From Veleropilina oligotropha (lineage: Eukaryota): a stretch of DNA of 64,000 nucleotides. Location of the stretch: assembly GCA_048128005.1 (NCBI GenBank), contig JBEUKZ010000036.1, positions 62,001 to 126,000 on the forward strand, written 5' to 3'. Below, piece by piece: positions 39,201-48,902 of this stretch. Under the pieces are notes generated by a model. It ran no database searches, was not told where the DNA came from, and was given only the letters and a program-made list of their open reading frames with translations. Position 1 is the first letter of the stretch. Every line of letters begins with the position of its first letter. Made by a program: the position numbers and the translations under genes.

Positions 39201-40403
39201 AATATGACTATTATGGCAAGAGTAAGGACGTAAGTAGTTTGTAACTACATAAACCATGATAGTTACCCGTGTTGCTGTACATATTTTATGAAATATTATT
39301 TAATAAGCTGTACATTGAGAATTTTTGCTCGAATATGTCTTACTGTCTTTATGTATCATAATGTCTTTTTTGTTCTAGGATGAGAGAGAGAATGAAAGAG
39401 AAGAGTCATCAGAAAGCAAGGAACCAAGGTATGAATACATAATTATGCACCATCAACAATGATAAAATAGCTTTACATTGTTTCTGCTGCAAATTTTGGA
39501 AGACAAGCAACGTACATGATGTATGCCATAAATGTTATCTATGGTTTTAGGTTTATGTTTACTTTACCTTACAGACCAGGAGATTTCTTAAAAATAAGAT
39601 TTGGGAATTCATTATTGCCAGCTGTGGTAAGAATATGGAATTTGTTTTTGTTTATTGTTATGTTTAATTTATTTGTTAAAAATTGAATTAAATTTGCATA
39701 AAACCTCCCCAAAACAAACAAAATCCTTTAACTATACATCATATCATTTTATGTGGTTCACATGACAATTATTGCCCTTGTTCTGAGCTGACATAAATAT
39801 ATTTGCCCACCCTTCTGGTGGACAAATATTTATGTCAACCCAGAACAAGGGCAACAATTGTGTAATATATGCAAATTTTCTTGTTTCTGGAAGTTTCTCT
39901 TTAACAGTGTTTTCTTTTTGAAACAGTTTAAACTAAACAGTTACTATCTATATTTTACATTACATTGCATTTTGAGTTATATTTCATACAGTTCAGTATG
40001 TATTTTATAATTCTTATTTACAGCCATAGTTGTGTGATTAAAATAATTGTAATGTATGCCTCAAAATGCATGCAATATTTTTGTAATTTTTCATGAACAG
40101 CATCTTAAAATTATGTTACTTGTAATTTTATAATTTTGAGCATTTAAGTCTGTGTGGGAATGCAACTTCTTATTGTGTTCTTGTTGCATAATGAACTTGT
40201 GATTAATTTTCAGGTTGATCAATGGCCATTTGTTCATTATTTTAAAAAAGGTGCTTTGGGGTGGATCATGCAGGAGATACGGCATACTTTAAATGAAGAG
40301 GATATTGATGAGAGGTTAGAGGCCCCATCTGTGGAGGCTCAGGGGAGGAGTATCATCTACAAATTTGAAGGTTGGTTTTATTAATCTTGATATAATATAT
40401 GTG

Positions 40404-40502
<99 letters not shown>

Positions 40503-40575
40503 ATGCATGTTTACGTGTCACATAAGAACGGTTTTAATTAAATTGTACATCTTATTTTTAGACTTGGAGTCCTGA
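30241..40575 (+). CDS. Spliced ORF, 5'-incomplete: join(30241-30366,30696-30752,39379-39428,39575-39626,40214-40370,40562-40575); ~151 aa, function unknown, probably a DNA-transposon accessory gene
   Basis: All introns are GT-AG with pyrimidine tracts. Phases 0,0,2,0,1 keep one open frame: PALDCAEH...EALEK|EQDDF...SILK|DERE...KEPR|PGDFLKIRFGNSLLPAV|VDQWPFVHYF...IIYKFE|DLES*. Confidence 0.75.
30764..39251 (-). mobile_element. DIRS family B copy B2, both ends present, ORFs degraded; lies in an intron of the spliced ORF
   Basis: Inverted LTRs (about 30797-31002 vs 39037-39236), ICR at about 32250-32339, and fragmented gag/RT/YR. Confidence 0.95.
31051..32234. mobile_element. Non-autonomous TIR DNA transposon (1184 bp) with a 6-bp TSD
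   Basis: TIR CATACATGTGATA/TATCACATGTATG. AGGGTG is duplicated on both sides and single at the empty site in B3/B4. Subterminal CTCCCGAAAT/CTCCTGGAAT repeats. Confidence 0.9.
39764..39861. repeat. Long imperfect palindrome (~100 bp) in an intron
   Basis: ACAATTATTGCCCTTGTTCTGAGCTGACATAAATAT pairs with ATATTTATGTCAACCCAGAACAAGGGCAACAATTGT. Confidence 0.85.
40407..40499. repeat. (TA)n microsatellite
   Basis: Pure TA run. Confidence 0.98.
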
Positions 40576-40992
40576 TAAAGACCACTGATAAAGACCCTAT
40601 CATTGGATGCTTATAGGTGAGGAGAGTTATCTCAACATGTTTTTAATTTTTACAAAAATACCATACAGGTCAACTTATTGAAATTAAATGTGTAAACTGC
40701 CGTTCACCTTTTCAGGAGAAAATGTCAATATATTTACTAGCCATATGAAAATTAATGACAATTGACATAAAGTGACCTAAACTTTTTTACTTTTCAGATA
40801 TGGATGCCTGATCTAGAAGATCAACAAGAGACAACTGATAAAAAAATTGTTCAATTAATTGTTGTTCAATGTTGAGATTATTTTGTTTTGACAAAAGTTT
40901 CATTACAAATATGTATAGATAAAACCACACAACTTTGACTTTGTAAAATACACAGAAATGTTGTATAAAGCAATTTATGATGACAAAAGTCT

Positions 40993-41129
40993 GTCATGTT
41001 ACATGAGATGTCCGTCATGTTACATGAGATGTCTGTCATATTACATGAAATGTCCGTCATGTTACGTGAAGTGTCCGTCATGTTACATGAATTGTCCGTC
41101 AGCGTTACATGACATTTATTTTAACAGTG
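40993..41129. mobile_element. Right terminus of a CACTA/EnSpm (CMC)-like transposon: six 21-bp subterminal repeats, then TTTTAACAGTG
   Basis: GTCATGTTACATGARATGTCC x6; the end reads CACTGTTAAAA on the minus strand. The left end was not found. Confidence 0.6.
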
Positions 41130-41293
41130 AATAAAATCTATTTTTCTGATTTTTTTATCTTTTGAATCACTTTCATTTAATATTTGTGCCTATATATCTA
41201 CTTGAAGAAGCGAAAAAAGTATGAAAAATATTGCTTTAGATTATTAGTATGTTTGTCCTATAGAAAGTGTCCAAGAGCAAATAAGGAGCCAAG

Positions 41294-41582
41294 TACGCAT
41301 CTGTCAGGTCGATAGACGCTGCCCAGTGGTCCGGACGGATGGCCACTCGTATCTTCGAGAGTGTTTATTGCTGGAACTTCTCGGTACGCAAATAGCGGTT
41401 GAGGTGCGAGAGATCGAAGATCGGTCTCCAGCGGCCATCAGGTTTCGGGAACATAGAGGGTGAGCAGGGGAGGTAAGCATGTGTAAGATTTAACAAAGTG
41501 AAAACGCTTTTCACAGTTTCCGGTTTAGCGATAATATGGCTATTATGGCATTGGTAATGACGTAGAGTATATTGCTACTAAT
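41294..41582 (-). mobile_element. Fragment of a third DIRS family (C): a piece of RT joined to a 5' LTR
   Basis: 41294-41452 encodes VPKPDGRWRPIFDL...IDLTDAY. 41455-41582 is a diverged LTR end (TTTCCGGTTTAGCGATAATATGGCTATTATGGCA). Confidence 0.8.
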
Positions 41583-44500
41583 ATGAGGTTTTTAAGTAAA
41601 CCTAATATTAGTATAAAACATACTTACGTCCTTACTCTTGCCATAATAGTCATATTATCGCCAACCGGAAACAGTGAATAAAGTCACATTTATGCACTTA
41701 TTAAGTCAAAACACACCACGATCACCTCCCCTGCTCCCCCTCTCCAAGTTCCCCCGGCGAGATCTCGCCAAGTCTCGCGAGATATCCGAGCTCGAGATCA
41801 CAAGACCTCAATTCAAAGTTCAGAACCCCAAAGGAACTTAGTAAGAGGGGAGGAATGCGAAAGCGCAGGGTGGGTAATCGTGGTAAGGACGTAAGTATGT
41901 TTTATACTAATATTAGGTTTACTTAAAAACCTCATATGTAGTTACAAACATACTTATGTCCTTACTCTTGCCAGAATGACCTTGGATAGGTGGGTAAGAA
42001 GTTCCTTACAACAAACCCAAACAAGATTATGACTTACTTTCACCATCTCAATCAGCCTGAAGCGACAATTGTGTCCGCCCAGAGTGGAATCTACTGAGTA
42101 TTATATTCCACTCCTACCAGGCGAGAATCTCGACCAGTGAAACCGGGAGAATACGCCGTGGTGTTAGCCGGACAAGGTGAACGGAAGTGCAATCAGCCCC
42201 AGGCACGGCCGGAAGGAAGATCCTTGTAGGCCTTACGTGTCATGGACCAGTGGCAGCCAACTGGTACTCCGGGCCATAGGCCGGTAGCCAGAGGAAGCAG
42301 TCGGATTTGTAGGCACATGGAACCTAATAGTTAGGCTGTGAATACACCAAATCTTAAGCAAAGAATTAATAGATTATAATAAATAATCGATATTAATAAG
42401 TAATTCGCATGACCAACTTGCGAATAGCTAACATGAGTACATGTTACTTAAAATAAATTTTAAGGAAGCAAATATTAAAAAATTTTCAATGTCTTGAACA
42501 TCGTATGTTCTGTAACAGCATAGAACATCAATAATATTGAACCTTAAAATCCTATAAGACTTTTTGCAATATAAATATTTACTAAATTCAATGTGAACTG
42601 GCCTGTCAAAATACTCAGGTATGACATGAAAGTATCAAGATCTTAAAATGTTTTTAAGAAATGAACATACATTGAATCGCCTTATAATGTGTCTATTTCA
42701 TAGTACAGCTAGGCATGACAAATAACATTGCGTCAGCACAAAGTATTTTAATTGATTAATCAAGAAACAATACTGACTGATTAGACGACCTTTGTCTAAT
42801 AATACATCGTTGAGTAGTTACCCATTGTAGACTGCTCAACCCATCAGCCCCATGGCATAATCCCGCAGGAAATGCTTAACAAAGACATTTCTAGAAGCAA
42901 CGCTGAGATGTTTAGCTGCGAATGCACGGACCTCGTGCGCGCGGACCGATACAAAATAGTGCGGCCTACTTTTCACAGCGAGAGTATCTCTCACTACCTG
43001 TGAAAACCACCGCGAAACAGTCGTCTTCGTAATGTCGCGGGTACAAGAAGGTAAATACGAATAAATTTATAGACGTAGTTTTCCCTGCCGCATATCACGG
43101 GTCCTGTCGAGGTTTATACGGTCCACATCGTGTCTTCTGACCAGCGTAGCTTGGGGATAACGATATCAGGGGCGTCTCGTTCGGCCGTTGATTCTTGGCG
43201 AGGAAACCCAAGATATGACGCCGCATCACCGACCCGACTGACTGGAAACTAACGTCTCGTAGCTCTGCGGATAGACTATGAATTTCTGAACAACGCCTGC
43301 CCGACGCTAAGGCGATAAGAAACCGTTTCCAGTGCGCGTTAGATTTCTCATAGAAGCCGGGCACATAGGCTCGGTAGAGCGTTGAGTAGGAGGACGATGT
43401 TCTAGGCAGGCGGCCGTATCGTGCGGGTCGGCAATTCGAGTTCGTAAGATCGTATAAAATCCGAAATCGTTCGGTCGCTAGACAAGCTATATATAACACG
43501 GGCACGGCACTGTTTTAACGTGGTCGCGACCGTTGCCCGATAGCCTTTGACGGCGGACAATGACATTCCGCGTTCGAAGAGCGACGATAGAACTCGATAA
43601 ATTTGTTCACAGGGGGACGGAGAATATTGACCTGCCGGCTGTGACACCAATCCACGTATTTGACCCATCGGTAGTCGTAGACTTTAGACGTGGAAAGCCT
43701 TCTCGATCGATAGATGCGTAGGGCTGTAGCGCGAGAAAATCCTTTCTTAGCGAGGGATCGTTCGATACCCGCCAGGCGTGTGAGCGTAAGTCGTTCGGCG
43801 ACGGGGTAACACACGGGCGCGCGCCTGCATTAACAGGTCTGGTCTCTGCGGGAGCGCTAACGGTCGATCGACGACCAGATCGAGGAGGGTCGGAAACAAA
43901 GGTTGCGTGCGATACAAGGGCGCGATTAGCGTTATCTCGCAACGTTCGGTCGATGCCTTCTGTAGTACGAGTGTCAGGGTGTACGACGGGGGGAAGGCAT
44001 ACGCGGACAGATTCTCCCATGTCATTGACAACGCGTCGACCGCTAGGGCGGCCGGGTCCGGGTACGGGGAGACATACAGAGGGAGTCGGTAATTAAATTC
44101 TGTTGCAAACAGATCGACTTGGGGTTGTGACCACCGGCGACAAACGTCCCGAGCTACTCGGCTGTGTAGCGTCCACTCTGTGTGTTAATCTGTGATTTCC
44201 GAGAGAGCGAGTCCGCTCTGACATTCAGCTTTCCCGGGATGTGTCGTGCTCGTATCGTCGAGTTGAGGGACATCACTAGGCGGTGTAGGTCGATTGCTCG
44301 GTCGCAAAGGGGACGCGAGCGAGTGCCGCCCTGGTGCTGAATGTAAGCGACGACAGTCGTGTTGTCCGTGGCGAGCATTATGTGCTTGTTGCGGAGATGT
44401 GACGAGAGGGACCGTACTGACAGGTAGACGGCTTCTAACTCTAGGAAGTTGATGTGTCATCCCTGAAGGTCCGTGGGCCATAGGCCCGATGTCTCGTAAC

Positions 44501-47500
44501 TGTCGAGGTGACCACCCCAGCCGTCGTTCGAAGCGTCTGTGAACAGGTAGGCGTTCGGCTCTGGCGGGGATATAGGAACCGACTGGCTCGGCAAAGCAGG
44601 GTTCAACCACACTGCTGTCGTGCGGGTAAACCAATGCCGAAGATCGAAACAATCCGTCCACTGTCCCGTCCGTTGTATCCAGCGATCTCTGAACGCCTGT
44701 TGTAACGGTCGTTTGTCCATTCGACCCGTCGGTAGCAGGGTCGCTACCGACTCGATGTGCCCCAGGACAGTGGCCAGTTGTCGCGCCGTAGTTATCTCCG
44801 ATGACAGGGTGTCTTGAATAACCGCGCGTAGGTTCCGCATACGTTTCTGGGTCGGTTTCGCGGTGTACCAGACCGTATCGAAGTCGACTCCGAGGAACGT
44901 AAACGTCGTCGAGGGCACGAAGCAGGATTTTGTCTCGTTGATCTGAAATCCCAGGCGCTTCGTCGATGACAGGGTAAAGCTCGTAGACCGGTGGCACAGA
45001 TCCCGGGACGCCCCGAGGATCAGCCAGTCGTCGAGGTACATATATACCCTGTGCCCTAGAGAGTGTAGGAAGGCTCCGAGGGCCTGTACTGTTCTCGTGA
45101 AGACGTACGGGGCTGACGATAGACCGAACGGTATGCACCTGAATGGTAGATCGTCTCCCCGTGTATAAACCGAAGGTACTGATGAGCCGTGATATGCATC
45201 GGGACATGCAGATACGCGTCGGTCAGATCGATAGACTCTGCCCAGTCGCCCGGACGGATGGCCGCTCGTATCTTCGAGAGGGTTTCTTGCTGGAATTTCT
45301 CGGTGCAAAGATATCGGTTGACATACGAGAGATCGAGGATCGGTCGCCAGCGGCCATCGGGTCTCGGGACCAGGAAGAAATGGCTGTAAATCCTGGTGTG
45401 CTGGGCGGCGCGGGATATATCGCTCCTTTGAGGAGTAAGTCCCGCACTGCCTGGTCTAAGACCGCTTGTTTCTCGCCTTGCAGAGGGCGAGCGCGGCTTG
45501 GTGGTGGTGCCTCGGTTAGGGTCGGATGCCGGTTGAATACCAACTTGTATCCGGCACTCACGACTGAGTGGACCCAGCTGCTGTCTGTTAGTTCTAGCCA
45601 CGGCTGGCTGTACGCTAACAGACACGCTTCCACCGGCGGAAGCGGGCAGCTGTGATCGTCGTGTGTGCTGGCAGCCCTAGGGCCGAGGCTTCCCTCTCCC
45701 GCTCTGCCGACGGGATTTCGTTGGAGGTGCTCGCCTCTTCGGAGTGGGTTGATTGGCCGGGGGCCTACCACCAGAAGAGGGCCTTGCACGCTTGGAAGGC
45801 TTTGGGGTCCGGGTGGGCCCTGAACGCTTCCTCGAGTCGGCGGGTGGACCCCCAGGGGGGTGCAGCATCGCCGTCTCGACGGCACGGTCCTTCAGGTCCG
45901 CCGCTCTCTTGTCGACGAATTCCGAGAAATAGTCGCCAAATAGAGTGGGGGCCGAGCAAGGCACGCATCGCAATGAGCGCCGGGTGGCCTCATCTAGCGA
46001 GGTGCCTTCAAGGTAAGCGTCCCTACGAAGTAGGAGTGCGTTACCCAGGACACGTCCCGTCTCCATAACGGCAGCAACCTCCTGGAGGAAGGACAGGGCT
46101 GCCCACGGGCGCCGGGTCCGTCCTCCTGTAATACGGCTATCGCCCCGTCTAGGAAAAACTCCTGAACGGACGACAGCCGCAGAGCCCGTCGGGCGGAGCT
46201 CTCGAAAGCTTCCAAGGCGGACCAAGGAACTTTCTCTACAGAGGGAGTGTGACTGGCGGTCAGTCGACGCATCGCTGCGTCAACACGAGCCGCTCAGTCG
46301 CCAGGCACGGACCAGTACATGCGAACGGGATCGAACGCGAACTGGCCCGGAAGTACCTCCCACTACGGAACCCCGAAGGGAACTCCGTCAATGGGGAGGA
46401 CTCCACCGGATTGCGCCCCTGAATGAGCTTCGTTGTAGAGTCTACCACCAGATCAACAAGCCCAGACTGAGGTAAGGAAGGAAGCAAGGGGCTTCCTTCG
46501 CAACAAACCGATGTGCCGCCGTCCTGTGCTTGACCGAGCCTACGTCCGACCGAGTCGGTTCCGGCAAGCCAAGCACCCCGCGAAGTGACGCAACGGCGTC
46601 TAGCCTTCGGCGGGTGGTGGAGGTCGGCTCCTGCATGCCTGAAAGACTACCGTCTTCGGGCCCGACCGATTCAGGGAGGTCGGAGTGAGTAGAGTCGAGG
46701 TCCTCGTCGGAACGAGGGTCGATCTCCATCACGGAGGCAGGAGCCGTGCTCTGCGCCACGGGCAGAGGTGTAGGGAACTGGGGCGGCTCGGGAGCCGGTT
46801 GCCAGGCCTTACATCGAGACTCGAACTCCGCCGCGATCATAGCCTGGACGTTCTCGTATGAGAAACCCGGAGGCATGACGGGCGTTGAACTAACAGCCGG
46901 TAGTTCTGTCGAGGTCACGGTGGCGCAAGGTAGACGGGCTGCACGGACAGGTGGTCCCGAGAACCAGGGTCTCGGGTCACCTGCCGAGCGGTCGAACCCG
47001 AAAGACTGGCCCGAAGGCGCAATCAGTGGGCCGGACGACTTGTAGGACTGCGGCCACAGTCCGTACTGGTCTACCGCTCTGTTTGAGCGAGGCACGGTCG
47101 GATCACCGTAAAACCCTGTCCCGAACGCAGCCGGTCTGTCCACGTTATCTAGCGTGACCATCGTGGGTGCACGGGAGAAAACGGGCCCTCTGAAACAGTC
47201 GTGAGCTCCGAGGTTGAGCGGAAAAACCCGAGGGTTAGTCGCGTCGGTCTCGGACGAGGTTTCAGGCATCGCCAATTGTCCGGATCTTAGACCATCGTAA
47301 TGGTGTCCGGCCTCTTTATTGGCTTTCTCATTGGGTTGCTCTCCGTCGTTAAACGGAGAGTTTCCCGCAGAAGGACTAACGTTCCCCATATTCTTCGAGG
47401 CCGAAGAATAGGAAGGGGATTGTCTGCCCTGTTCAGCGGTTCGCCGCACTGCCAGATATACCTTGCTAGCCGGCAAGGTATGGTTGGCTGCAGTTACTAG

Positions 47501-48902
47501 GCCCGTTTGAGGAGGATCGAACAGCGCTCGAGCTCCTACCTGAATCTGGGGTCCCGGCAAGGTTTCGGTGACTCCCCCATGAGTCGCGGAGGTTTCGCCG
47601 GTAGATCCGGCGACAGACGGTTTATTTGGTCGACTGTCGTCCAGCGTCCCTGAAGTAGACAAAAAAATGAGGTTTTAATGTAAACCTAATATTAGTATAA
47701 AACATACTTACGTCCTTACTCTTGCCATAATAGTAATATTATTGCTAACCGGAAACAGTGAATAAGTCACATTATGCACTATTAATAAGTCAAAGACGCA
47801 AAAACGTACCACGGTTACCTCCCCTGCTCCTCCTCCCCTACGTTCCCCCGCGAGATCTCGCCAAGTCTCGCGAGACTTCTGAACCATAGAAGTCACAAGA
47901 CCTCAATTCAAAGTTCAAAAACCACAAAGGAACGTAGTAGAGGGGAGGAATGCGAAACGCAGGGTGGGTAATCGTGGTAAGGACGTAAGTATGTTTTATA
48001 CTAATATTAGGTTTACATTAAAACCTCATATGTAGTTACAAACATACTTACGTCCTTACTCTTGCCAGAATAACCTTGGATAGGTGGGTAAGACGTTCCT
48101 TACAACAAACCCAAACAAGATAATGACTTACTTGTCACCAATTCAATCAGCATGAAGCGTCGATTGTGTCCGCCTAGAGTGGAATTTTACTGAGTATTAT
48201 ATTCTACTCTTACCAAGCGAGAATTTCGACCAGTGTTACCGGGAGAATACGCCGTGGTATTAGTCGGACGAGGTGAACGGAAGTGCAATCAGCCCCAGGC
48301 ACGGCCGGAAGGATAAATCCCTGTAGGTCTTACATGTCATGGACCAGTGGCAGCCAAATGGGACTCCGGGCCTATAGGCCGGTAGCCAGAGGATGCAGTC
48401 GGATTTGTAAGCACACGGAACCTAACAGGTTGTGAAAGCTTTAAATCAAAGCAAAGAATTAATAGATTATTATAAATAATCGATATTAATAAGTAATTCG
48501 CATGACCAACTTGCGAACGCTAACATGGACGACATGTCACTTAAAATAAAATTTTAAGGAAGCAAAAATGTTCGACATGTTACTTAAAAATTAAATGTTA
48601 AGGAATCAAAAATTTTTCAATGTATTGAACATCGTATGTTCGATTACAGCAAAGAACATAATAATATTGAACCTCAATCTTTTTTAAGATTTGTGCAAAA
48701 TTATAAAAGTTGTTTTATTAAATTCAATGTAATCTGGCTGTCAACACTCAGGTCTGACATGAAAAGTACAAAATCTTAAAATAGATTTAAGAAATGAACA
48801 GACATTGAACTGCCTCATAGGTGTTAATTTCATAGCACCGTTTGGCCAACAAAAATAAAATGGCGTCAGTAAATATGCAAATGATCAATCAGAGAACAAT
48901 AC

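Noticed and set aside
29865..41452. RT fragment at 41294 as the continuation of truncated B1
   Set aside because: About 80 bp are missing, the fragment is more diverged than family B copies are from each other, and it is attached to a non-B LTR.
48125..48542. Hammerhead or HDV ribozyme in the DIRS 3' block
   Set aside because: By eye I found no CTGANGA...GAAA core with matching stems on either strand; kept only as an unassigned structured RNA.
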